A stretch of 64,000 bases of DNA from Podarcis liolepis. Lineage: Eukaryota. The stretch is from the NCBI GenBank assembly GCA_965112155.1, contig OZ218103.1. The stretch is one strand, 5' to 3'. Position numbers and translations under genes: made by a program. The notes under the pieces were generated by a model. That model searched no databases. It was not told the DNA's origin and saw only the letters and a program-made list of their open reading frames with translations. Of this stretch, positions 25,878 through 37,935 are shown one piece after another (within the stretch, counting starts at the first letter, position 1; every line of letters begins with the position of its first letter).

Positions 25878-26526
25878 TGCTGTCTAAAAGCTTTAGATCC
25901 TTACAAAACCACAGCTAGAATACAACCTACCTCCCCAATGACAAAACTGTGTTTTTTTAACATTGCTGGATTACATCGGTGTTAGCTCACACCAGATACT
26001 ACACCATTTCATAAAAATATTCAATACATACCCATCTTTAACACTGAGCCGTATGTCCCAGTTCTGATCACTTACATATATTTTGTTAGTATTAATGATA
26101 TCCTACATTTACCTTCAGAACTGCGTTATTCTTTTTCACAGTCATGGAAACCAGGTGGCTGGATTTTTGTGTGTTTATTCTGTCTCTTTCATTCATCCAA
26201 TGCTTACCCAACAACGCTTTAAAAAGGCAAAATAAAGCTTGAACAAAACTATTATTAGGCTGGTGATCATCCTGAGATGCAGAACCCATATGGGGGAAAT
26301 GTATACCTGAAAAGAAGTGACTGAAGTACCTTGTACGCATTAGAAATGCAAAGTTTAGTATATGAACCGGCAGTGACTTCCATACTGCTATTTGAGTGTC
26401 ACGCTCCTTATCTGCCACATTTAGGAAGAATGTAGAAAGGGTAGGGAATAGCTCAGTCAGACAATAAGAGCAAAGACCTGCCTGGAAGATTGGAAGGAGA
26501 GGAGAGATCAACTGGAGGGGGAGATG

Positions 26527-26661
26527 CTATAGCTCTTCTGACTCTGGGGTCTCAGCGGATTGCGAGAGCCTGGCTACAACCCGGGTCAAAGCCCTGTTTT
26601 CGGCCAGCAGCTGCTCGTTCATCTGCCTCAAAGTGTGAATCTGTTTGAGCTGGTGAAGGTT
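26527..26661 (-). CDS. PPP1R12B: PPP1R12B alternative C-terminal exon ([44 protein letters not shown])
   Basis: Long pyrimidine tract and TTTGCAG acceptor, phase 0 after EEEMK. Closely resembles the alternative MYPT2/M21 C-terminus known in mammals ([33 protein letters not shown]...). Confidence 0.9.
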   Translation of the reverse strand, partial: NLHQLKQIHTLRQMNEQLLAENRALTRVVARLSQSAETPESEEL

Positions 26662-29600
26662 CTGCAAAGTGAGACATGGAGGAGATAGACAAAGACAAAA
26701 CAGAGAATATAAAACAGCACAGAAACATGAATTCAATAGGCAAGCAAGAAAAAAAAGAAGAGCAGCAACGAGAGGTGGAGAGCAGTGAAAGCACAGAAGA
26801 AGCTGGACAACATACTAAAGCACTGGACCAACCAAAAAAGAAACCACAGAGAATGATGTTCATTCTCTTAAGGCTTGAACCTAACCAAGTTTCAAATTTA
26901 ACGAAACACCATAAAGGTGACAAATTATAGCTCTTAAATGGAGTGAGAAACTTCACCATGGCTGAAAACCACATCAGGAAAACCTTGCGCACAGCACTTT
27001 TAAAGTCCTTTTGCAAGGTACTGACAGATGACTAATGCTGGTTGGAAGAGCACCAATGGGGCAGTTAAGTATCTTTATAAAAGCTTTTAATGGCCCACAT
27101 CCCAGCCAATGTGGCTTTGCATAGCAAAAGGGGATAGTTGTAGCAGCTGAGGTAAATTGCTTTAAAATGAGTCTAATGCTATCCTTCACTTTACAACATG
27201 TGGTAGTATTTGCAGTAGAAAAGGAAACTGGTTTGTACAATGCTGAATACTGTCACAATACACAACTCTTATAGCCTGTGCAGTCTGTAAGTGTCCCTGT
27301 GCTGAATTTGTGCTCCACAATTTAGCCAAACAGTAGCTTTACACTAAACACCACTGATGCAGAATCTTCAAAAACACCCCTCTAAATAAAGCACACACTT
27401 TTTCATATATGCGTATGGAAAAAATGGTCAGCATGCCTTACTGTCCCAAACTGGCATGAAACACAAGTGTTAATTTATGTGTTCATGGCATTTTTCTCTA
27501 GTATAAATGGAACTAAAATCTTGTATGAATGCTAAAGGCCAAGTATACAGACAATTAAGTGCTTTGAAATTGCTTTTATAGCATCAAAGGCAATTGCTTC
27601 AGAAGGGTTTCCAATGCAGACTCTAAAAGGACCCAATTTTCTAAAGAAAGAAATGTCTAATGCATTTCACTTTCAATATGGTGTAATAATAAGTGAAGAA
27701 AACACAATGATGAAGATATAACTGAGGATATAAACACCCTACAGAAAGTTTTACTGGGCCAGTAGGATGGGGAATAATCTTGACATAATCTCAAAATATG
27801 AGATACAACATCCATGTGACAACAATTTGCAGAAAAGGCAACACAAATCCAATGGAACAGCATCCTTTTTGTTACTTCTGGGATGATTGTGGTACAGCAA
27901 CCTAGAATTTTCTGCAGAAGCAAATATCTTCCATTAGCTTGCATTCCATTCTACTCTTCTCTTCTTCATTGACTGAAGCATAGAGATTTATTGACTAAAT
28001 CCAGGCTCCAACCAAAAGCTCCCCACAACCGTTTGGCTAAACAGATCCCTGAACATAATTTACTTAATTTTCAACTGTGAGAGTCATTTTATTTTATTTT
28101 TTTAAAGCACAGGGCACTAAGCCCATAAGACAAAAACACAAAAAGGTTAGCAAACTCTGCAAACATTTTTGTGAGGGACACACAACACAGTATCCTTATC
28201 CCGCCCATCTATGCTGTGACTATTAGGAAATCCTAATGCTGGTGTGCCTGGTTCATGCTTCATTAATTTAGTTCTTCACAATAATTATATTGCATAGGAG
28301 GACAGATCATAAATGGGGCAGCAGGGCTAGAAAAGAAACTGAATTCTGCATCAAAGGTCTCACTACTAAAATGATAAAGTCCAACCTGTCAATAATTTAA
28401 AAGGCTTAATTGCTGAACATTCCAGCTGATTAAGCTGATATAGCTGAGCTGTGTCTTTGTTCAGCCAAGTCGCAAAGCGATCAAGCAGCCCAGAGAGCCT
28501 AACGACACTGCTTCAGTGTCAAACTCAGTTTTTTACCTTCCTTCCTCCAAGTGAGTTGCTGACAGCAAGAAAAGAGGTGACTGTACAGCAGGGAAAGAAT
28601 GTAAATTGAAAAAGCAGTTCCTGGACGAGGAGTAAGCCAAAATGCAACCACAGCACAAGAGGGATTGAGGCAGGATGTGTGCATATTTGCTTTGTCAACT
28701 CAAGGTGACTTTGGCTATAAAAAGAAGTTGTGGACAGATAAGGCATGTAATGCATGAAATGGATGTCATTCGAGAGAAGCAGACATGCTGAAAATGGCCT
28801 GTAATATTATGGCAGCACACCCAAAGTTGACGGACCTCTCAAGGGCACTACATTTATTTAGAAAAGGCAGTTCAGAAGAAAAATAGTAAATAAGGTTATC
28901 GAGGATTTTCATAGTTTCACCACCTCACACAAATCAGTACTGCTGCTTTAGGGTTTCCAGAGCCGAACACTTCAGCAATGACACCTGAAGGATAAAATCC
29001 TGGTAACTACTGCATATTGGTTACATGTATCACAACAACATTGTTCTTCTTACAAGTACGTTTTTACGAGGGTTTTGTTGTTGTTGTTGCTAGTCACACC
29101 ATCCTTCAGAACAAGGTACAGTATAGCTATTTTGTGTAGCTGAATTCAAGGTGGTGTTGCGTTTGCCCCTCTGCGTTCTCATTTTAATTCTTTAAGAGCT
29201 TTCAAATAATTACATTTTAATAAGACCTCTAGAGAGGCCAATGGTGCAACCCATCCCCCGCAACTGAGGATCATGCTGTAAGATGGAGCGCAATTTCCGC
29301 TTTTGAAACTCCCCCCCCCCCCCGAAGTCAAAACAGATCTTGACTTCAAAGGATTATCACACTCAGTAAAAACATAAAGGACATAAATTGGAACCATCTC
29401 CAGCAAGGCAGGAAATGGCTTTCATCACTACTATGGTTTCAGGGGTGCAGCAGCTCCTGTTTTTGAAGCAGAAACATTTCTCCCCACCACCACCAAGAAA
29501 TGAACTTAGGTTCTAGGGAAATAAACACCAGGGGGCAGACAAAAGAACAGGCACATTTTGGGAGCAGAAGTATTTGCATATTGTATAAACCTATATAGTA

Positions 29601-32600
29601 CAGTGAAGCCAGCTTAGTATTTTCAGGTCACCAGGGAAGCACAAGACGTTGCCTCTGCCTTAACCAGAAAAACATGATCGCCAGAAAACAGCACTTCGTT
29701 ATAGCAGATGTCCAAAAAAGGGATGGCATTTCAAAGGAGCTGCCTGAAAAGGCAAATTCCTGCCCAGTCCAGCACCAATCTGTATGTCTTTAGACAGAAA
29801 GCTCAAATGGTGGCGCAAGGAAACCGGAAGCTTGACAGCTCCTCTCATGTACTTACTTGTGCTATCAATCGTCCTTCAAGCAATATTCTGGAGCCATGAA
29901 GTATGAATGAATGGGAAGAAATGCAGTTATAAAAGTTTTGCCCAAAACTGCCATGAGATTTAAAATGCATACCTCATGACTAGGGCCGTGCACAGGAAAA
30001 AAAAAATGGCCTTGGAACCCACCTCTCATTGGCTCGGACTGGGGGTTGCCTCGGCTTGGTGGCTTGGCTTAACATCGCAGTTCGCCTCGGATCCAAGGCA
30101 GAGGGTCGCCTCGCCTCATTTTCCGAAGCACCCGATGTCTTCCCCATTGACTACAAGGGGAAAATCAAGAAGACCTATATTTTGGCAGAATTGGATGACA
30201 TTTCCATTGTAGTCTATTCTGAGGGGATGAAGCCTACCAAACCGAGGGTGTGGTTCTTTAAAGAAAAAAAAAAGAGGTGTCATGCCTGTCCCTGTGGTTT
30301 TGTGGGTGTAGAGGTGCCCTTGCACCAAAGTCACAGGAAGTGGAAAGCTGAAGAAAAAAGGGCTGATGTGAGCATGAGGCAAAACTTGCATGTCTAGCAT
30401 TCCAAGTGAGCAGCAAGGCCCACAACACCCCTCCCCCCCCCCAGTCCTGGCATTAGAGGAAGGCAGGAAGAGAAACAGCAATGCGTGCACCTTTACCAGC
30501 AAGCCTGAGAAGAGGAAGGCAGGCAAGGGGGCTAGCAGACACTTCTGGAGACAATGAGAAAGAGACAGAGGAAGGAGCAAGGCACATTCCTCGAATCAGT
30601 GTGGAGACACCATGCTGGAGCAGAGTAACTGCTTCAAGTTCGGAGCTGACATAGCGCACTGAAAGAACGGCAGGCAGAGGCAGCAGAAGACAAAGGGAAC
30701 ACTGAGTCTGGCATGTAAGACCTGGCATGTTCAGTGTGCCAATCACCAAGCCCCACAAAACAATTCTTGCACGAGGTAGAAAATATTCCAACAACTAGAG
30801 CATATATGTTGGGACCTGCACCAGTGCAGAGTGTGCTGGAGTCAACACTTACCTCCCTGCCCCAAGCACCCAACACTGGCAGTGATGCTGCTGAAGTCAC
30901 TAATTTCCGCGCCATGTTTTCACTTGCAGGCCAACCCAGCAGTGACACTGTAACGGGCAAGGAGCAGAGCAGAGCAGCTGTTTGGCTCCCAACATGCTAC
31001 AGTGCTGTTGTCACTGGATAAGCCAGCAAGTGAATTGTGGTGGGAGAATAGTAGCTCATTACACTGTGGCTGCTGCTGTTGCTGCACATACATTCTGACT
31101 TGTGAACATGAGGGGGAAAGATGCAAAAACTCCACCCCAAAACTAGAGCGGAGTCTGTTAGAGAAAGAATCAACAAGCTGAAATGCCTTTATCAAGTGCA
31201 CTAGAGAAATGCAGCAACAGTGTGAGGGCGGCACTCCCTTGCTGGGATGCTCAGGTGGGAAATTCTTCCTATATCCCTCCCAAAAGTACTGTGATTGGAA
31301 GTAAAAGAAGGAGCCTGCCTGGTAAAATTTCCTAATTGGAAGCTAGAGCGCTCAGTTGTAAAACTCCTCTTCTGCCTGCCTGCCTCCTCACTTGCATGTC
31401 ATCTTCTATTGATAAAGAGATTGAGGAAGGTTACAAAATTATATCAAACACATTTGAAGCCCTCTGAGGTGATTCCAATGACCTGGGTGCCCACCTCAGA
31501 TCCCAAGGGGGCCCAAATATCCCAGAGGTAGGGATCCTCAGCATGGATGAGGCACAAGTCTGAGGTGAATGCACAGCTCCACTTATGCCCTTTTTATACA
31601 ACTGTCAGCTGCACATTTTAACCTGCACAGTGTGTCAGAGTAAAAGAGAATCTGTATACCAAAGTGAATTTTATTTAACATTAGCAGGAATGATTCTGCG
31701 AGATACTATAACCAGTGGAAGGCAAAGTCTGACCCACTAGGCATTTAGTATTTCAAGGCCAGAGACCTTAATGTATTACTGGCAGATTGGAAACAAAGCA
31801 TACAAGCCTTAGTTACAATCAAACTGTGTACAGACACACAGAGTGAACAGTCTGCTTGTAACACTAAGCGAAACCATAGCTAAACATGGATAAGAAAGTG
31901 TGCAGGGACACAGAGCAAAAATCACCACAACTTATTGCCACTCCTGGTTCTGTTGGTGCCACACTACCTGGAACTAAGCTGTTGTTTGGCTTAGTGTTAC
32001 GTGTGAATGCAGGCTCACAGGTTGTCTTCTGCTAACAAACCACACACGGTAAGCCAAAAGGAACCTTGGCGGCAGCTTGTGGTTTGTTTGGAGACATGGA
32101 AAAACTATAACTAACTGCATTTTCCCAGACAATGTACAGGCAGTGGCTTCTCTATGTCCATATTGCAATTTTACATGCAGGTGCTGTGCAATAACGGAAT
32201 CTGTTGTTTCTGTTTTCTTTTACCATTCATAACATTTACTAATAGCTTTCCCATTTAGAAACCTAAAGCATTGGATGCATTTATACAGTAAGAACTAGTT
32301 TGGCAAAGATATGGTTTTGGCATGTTGCAGCAGTGGGTGCTTCTCTTAGGCAGCAATCATATTTTACACACAAGTAATCCCAACTGAGCTCAATGGGACC
32401 AACCACTGAGTAGACATGCACAGTACTGCGTGGCCAGGGCTTGTGTCCACTTTTGCTTCTTACCCCTATGGCAAGAACACCAAGAAAAAAATCTCTTCTT
32501 TCATCAGGAAAAGCTACTCTCCATATTGTGTCTGAAGTGATGTCACTAAAGCAGGGGTAAACTTCTGCATACTCGGTGGCCACTGTATTTCTAACAGTTG

Positions 32601-33349
32601 GCTGAGGACTGAGAGCCCACGTTGCTACATAAACTGATACCCTCATCCTGCTTCATAATAAAATGGTATCATCCTAGAGGAGTAAGAGCCTCAGAGTTAT
32701 GAAGCATACAAACTCAGGAGGCATTTGCAAGGCACTGCATACAAAATTCAAGAGAAAATGCAACACGAAACTGTGGAGTGTTTATCTTGCAAGCTGGGAA
32801 ACATTTCTATTTTCCATGCAAGTGAAGTTTTGGGCAGACTTTTAGCACACTTTAAATTTTGGTATATCCACCAACTCCCTATCGCCAAGCACTACCTGAT
32901 CAACTAATCCCCAAGAAGGCTGTGGAAGTCCTGAACCATTGCCTGGATGCAGAGATGGATTAGATATGGGGCAACAAACTGAGGCTCAATCCACGCCAGT
33001 GGTTCTGGTAGTCAGCAATCTTATCTGGACTATATCCTGCTTTGGACAGGGATGCATTCTCTCCCACAACTTGTGTGCTTTACTGGATTTGGCATTGGTC
33101 CTCGATTATCCGGTTGCTGCTACGGTTAGGAATGCCTTTGCCCAGTTTTGACTGATGCACTAGCTGTGCCCCTTCCTGCAAAAGATGGATCTGGCTATAG
33201 TGATGCATGCTTCAGCCAGCTACCATTTAGTTTATTGCAGCACGAACTGTGTGGGGCTACAGGGTTGGCCAACTGTAGCTGGTGCAAAATACTGCAGCCA
33301 AATTGCTTTCTGATGTGCACGACACAGACCACATTCACTCTGTTTTATA

Positions 33350-33760
33350 CCAACTGCATTGGCTTCTGGACACAAATCAAGATGCTGGTGCTAACCTCTA
33401 AATCCTTAGATGACTTGAGGCAGGATATCTGAAAAGCCATCTCTTCCCATAGGAGTGTACAATCTTCTTCTAAGGCCCTGCGGCGTGGTTCCACTGCCTA
33501 AAGAGGTGACTGCAGGAGACAGGGCCTTTTTTGTGGCAGTAACAAAATGGTGGCCCTCTCACCCAAGGGAGGTGAAAATGGCTTCTCTCTACTTATTTCC
33601 AGGGGGGCAGTAAAACAGTTTCCATTCTGCATGGCTCTGAATTTTTAGTATGTTCTCAATCTGGTTTATAGCCTAAATCTGTTTTTGTTTTTGAATACCA
33701 TCATGAGAGCCCTGTAGAGATAAAAGGCGGCTTATAAATATTTTTATGAATAAATAAATT
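33350..33760 (+). mobile_element. L2-type LINE 3' fragment
   Basis: CAAATCAAGATGCTGGTGCTAACCTCTAAATCC...CAGGGCCTTTT...AAAAGGCGGCTTATAAAT...AATAAATAAA. Confidence 0.6.
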
Positions 33761-33959
33761 CCCAATAGCTAGTAGTGGTGTGCATGCATGAATGGTTAAT
33801 CCAATACCAACATTTTAACAATGACTTACACTATTCTAATATTTTCTGAGGGGCACCTGTTAATCTGTTGCAGCAAAAAACTCCAGCAGAGTCATGTGAC
33901 AATCCAAAATTATGCTACTATGTACAGAAGGCGGAAAATAAATGAAGAATTGTTCATAC

Positions 33960-34010
33960 CTTCATCTCCTCTTCCATTTCTGAGAGCTTCCGCTCAAGAG
34001 CTCGTTTCTC
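33960..34010 (-). CDS. PPP1R12B: PPP1R12B exon (EKRALERKLSEMEEEMK)
   Basis: AAACAG acceptor, GTATGA donor, 51 nt. MYPT coiled-coil motif. Confidence 0.95.
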
Positions 34011-35824
34011 CTGTTTAAAAAATATTTTCACAATTACCATTTTTGGTGTAATTTTTCTACATGAAAATGTACGCTATGGCTGTATTTCCCTCAGAAAAAT
34101 GTATCATTAATAGCATTGATAAGGTTGTCAAACATCACAAGGCCTACACTAAGAATAAACAATGTCAAAAAAACCTCTTCTTGGTATGTTTCCACAGCTC
34201 ATCTCCAACCTCTGCACCAGGGATAGGGGAACAGATGTTTTTGAACTTCAACTCCCTTAGCCCTAGAGAGCATGGCCAATGGTCAGGGATGAGAGGAGTT
34301 GTAATCCAGAATCTTAAGGGTCACCTGTGCTCTATACAGGCCCATTTGCTGTTTCTTCCTGGCCACAACTACCTATCAGCTCCTTTCACCTCACAGACAA
34401 TCAATTGTTTTGTCATTAGCTTGATAGGAGCCAGTGGGGTCATTGAAAAGAGCTCAGTTTTCAGTCCCAGCCTATGGATAGTGTACAGTTTGAATTGCAC
34501 CCTGAGGATGCTTAATTTAACTAGTTTGGAAGCTGCGTACTGGACGTACCATTTCCCAAACAAACAAAACTGGCATAGCGTCATCTTACTATAGTGGATA
34601 GAAGGTGTGCCTAGTTACTCTTTCTTATTTATCCTCTGGCTGAGAGCTCTGAGTGCAAAGAAAGCACCTCTTTAAAAAGAACACACACACCATATTGAAA
34701 AGTGTTAGACAAGAAGGCGAGAATCAATGGCATTGAGCCAGGATGGCTAGAGGAAACCTCTATGTTCCAAGGCAAGAGGCACTGAATACCAGTTGTTGGT
34801 GGATAATAACAAGGGGCAATTGCTTTCAAGGCAGTAGCACACCTGATCCACTTTGCTGCTAAGCACCGAGATGAAAAACGGGAGTGGGGAAGTGACTGTA
34901 AGGTTGGTGCAGTGCAAACACACCAGCAAAGCCAACCCAATGCTCCTGTTGGCTTTGTTGCCACCTCAGACCTCCCTCTCAGTTTGCAGCAGCAATGCAT
35001 GCAACCAGAAGCCAGGTGAGTGCTGCTTTCACTGTGGGCCACCAACAACTCCAACTTCAATTGTACCTCTCATCCTACATCTTACAAAGCTCCGTTTTAG
35101 TGTCTCCGTTAAAAAAACAAAACAAAACCCAAATGCAATATTTTCAGGAAAAAACAAGCAAATAATAAACAAAATCAAAACGGGGCACTGAAACCACAAA
35201 CGATTTACTGTTTTCCAAGGAAAGTATTTGGAAGGTATTTTAAGAACTTACATGCCAATAAGCCCAAGAAGAAACAGAGCTTTGTACTGGATAAAGGGAA
35301 TTCAGTAGCACAAACATAATATGCTTACATACTAAGCTTGTTATGTGTTCATCTTTAGATTTAAACTTTGCTGGAATTTAAGTATTTTTGGTACTCATCT
35401 TCGTAAGAAACTTGCACATTTTAAATAATTGTAACACAATGAGTTGGTGTATTTTGATAACTTATGATAAAATTGACTCTATTCGATCTCATGTTTTCAA
35501 AATATAACCACAATCAATGGAACGTCTCTAATCAACTATATCACATCAACAGCCATGCTAGAACAGTAAGTTCTGGGCTTCATTAGTGGTGATTTATCAA
35601 ACCGTGTATCTTACTATGGCAGGATGCCAAAATGAACAGTTTTACAGTTAACAAAAATGCTGTAAACAAGTATGAGAAGCCAAGGAGATCAGGATTACCC
35701 AAGGATACTTGAAGGAGGAACAGAATCAGCTTCCTGTAGTGATATTTCTCTTTTAAAATGAGTATGCATTCTAAAACCATGCTAAGTTTTACGTAAGTGG
35801 ACACCAAAAAGCAGAAACACATAC

Positions 35825-35878
35825 CCTCTTTTCCATCTCAAGCATACTCGAACGATCAGAGGTTTTTTCTTGCTTCTG
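35825..35878 (-). CDS. PPP1R12B: PPP1R12B exon (QKQEKTSDRSSMLEMEKR)
   Basis: TAG acceptor (TAGCAG tandem), GTATGT donor, 54 nt. Matches MYPT2 QKQEKTSDRSSxLEMEKR. Confidence 0.95.
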
Positions 35879-36130
35879 CTATTGAAATGAAAAACCAAAG
35901 TTATCACAAAAGTAGAAAGTATTACAAAGAAATACTTTCCAAATAAAATCAGAATTCTTAAGAAACCAAGCAATATAACATTACAGCACAACTGCTTCTA
36001 TTTTATCATTTGTCTGAGAAGCAGTGATGGCCCTCCTTCAAATGCTATTAACTCCTTATCACCAAGGCCAAACATTTGTTTCCATCTAGCTGCAATCCCA
36101 GTACATCCCTTGTTTCCTAGGTCTCTTCAC

Positions 36131-36235
36131 CTGGGCTATTTTGTCAATTTTTGTCTTGATATCGACGAGCTCCAACTGAGCATCTTGCAGTTTTGATTTC
36201 AGCTTTTGATTTTCAGACAGGGCACTTTCATAGAG
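36131..36235 (-). CDS. PPP1R12B: PPP1R12B exon (LYESALSENQKLKSKLQDAQLELVDIKTKIDKIAQ)
   Basis: TTTTTCTATCCAG acceptor, GTGAAG donor, 105 nt. MYPT2 coiled coil. Confidence 0.95.
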
Positions 36236-37090
36236 CTGGATAGAAAAAAGAGAAGTGGAGTTAACTCACAATATCATCTACTGAAACATCAACACTCATA
36301 TAATGCAGTTAAATAGATGCCCGTCCTGCTGCTTTCAGACCCTGGAGACCAGATTTTACCGCAGCCTTATTAACTGTAACTCATTATCATCAGGTATCCT
36401 CTCCAATTTATTGTAGAATAGGAAGTTAAACAAACAATGCAGAAAAATTCTTATGCAAACTCCTGTGTATATTTACTTTAAAAACAACAACTATCTTCCA
36501 GGGGAACCTAGTGCTCCTTGGAAACTTATCAGGTATTCCTGAATTAGAAGACTGGTAATGGCAAACAGGTTTCCCTAAAAGAAGCTGAACAACTGATCCT
36601 GCCCAGCCTCAAGAGAGATCTAATCATTATTCCAGAGTATATCCTTTCCGTTCATGTGAAATGAAGGCAAGCTCCAATAGCGCTCCATAGAAGAAGCTGA
36701 AAATATGCCACGCTCAAGGATTCCATGAAGGCAAATCCACCAAGGAAAGGGTCCCCTAAACGTGTGAATGCCACCACTCTGTTAACTCAATGAATCCTAA
36801 TCTGAAGTGATGCACAGCACTCCGTTCAGGTCATTCCTACTGCCTTTCAACTATTACTACTAACATTGAAGCAGATCTTGTGTGGAAACTGCTACAAACA
36901 GAAGCAAATCCGTTCCTGCCCCAGCACCAACTCAACAAGCAATTGCACCAGGTGGCACTGTGCACTTTCTGCTTCGTAACATGCAAAGTGGCAGAACATA
37001 TTTTAGCAACTGAAATAACACTGATCTTCCAAGTGAACTATACAGAAAGTTGGATGTCTTTCCAGAGATGTGTACAACATCTCAAGTTTT

Positions 37091-37427
37091 AAAGGTAAAG
37101 GTAAAGGGACCCCTGATCATTAGGTTCAGTCGTGGCCGATTCTGGGGTTGCGGTGCTCATCTCGCTTTACTGGCCGAGGGAGCCGACGTACAGCTTCCGG
37201 GTCATGTGGCCAGTGAACCAGAGCAGCGCACGGAAACGCAGTTTGCCTTCCCACCGGAGCGGTACCTATTTATCTACTTGCACTTTGGCATGCTTTCGAA
37301 CTGCTAGGTTGGCAGGAGCAGGGACCGAGCAACGGGAGCTCACCCTGTCACGGGGATTCGAACCACCGACCTTCTGATCGGCAAATCCTAGGCTCTGTGG
37401 TTTAACCCACAGTGCCACCCACGTCCC
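37091..37427 (-). mobile_element. Sauria SINE, near full length
   Basis: Same family; flanking AAGTTTTA repeat. Confidence 0.9.
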
Positions 37428-37790
37428 AAGTTTTACAGTGCAACAAATCCACGTTTTACAGATGCGAAAGATTGGTGACCTGTCCAAGGCTGCTAAGCAC
37501 ACCTATGGAAGAGGCAGTGGGTAGAAGCACAAATGTACCAGTGCCAAGTCCTGTTGAATGCTCTTAATTCTCCTCATTCAGCTTGCTCTCTCAGTGGATG
37601 CTTATTTGTCTTTAGCAGGCTCTTTGTTGGGACTATGCTGTATTGGTATTTGTGCATATATATTTTTATTGTTTTTCTTTTCTTTTCCAGCAGAGTCTAG
37701 CTTTACGTGAAATTGCTGCTTATTTGATTAATGAGGGGAGGGGGTGGGGAAGAAAGAAGACCTGAAGGCATGTCCATTTCAATTACTCAC

Positions 37791-37935
37791 TCGTTTATAA
37801 TCCTTGCTACTGTCATCCTCCATCCTGCTGCTGAGGGCAGCCAGGCGATTCTCTCTTCTGGTGTAGGCACTGCGACCAGAGGGCCGGTCCCCATAGGCAT
37901 CGCTGGTGCCAGTACTTGAACTTGCTGCATCCAAC
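37791..37935 (-). CDS. PPP1R12B: PPP1R12B exon (R-LDAASSSTGTSDAYGDRPSGRSAYTRRENRLAALSSRMEDDSSKDYKR)
   Basis: CCAG acceptor, GTGAGT donor, 145 nt, phase 2 to 0. SDxYGDR and EDDSxxDYK match MYPT2. Confidence 0.92.

Noticed and set aside
26443-26460. tRNA-like GGGAATAGCTCAGTCAG
   Set aside because: Only an A-box-like fragment, with no B-box or cloverleaf. tRNA-like segments elsewhere are SINE heads.
34061-34594. 177-aa + strand ORF
   Set aside because: Antisense to a PPP1R12B intron, spans a degenerate MITE, no recognisable protein features.
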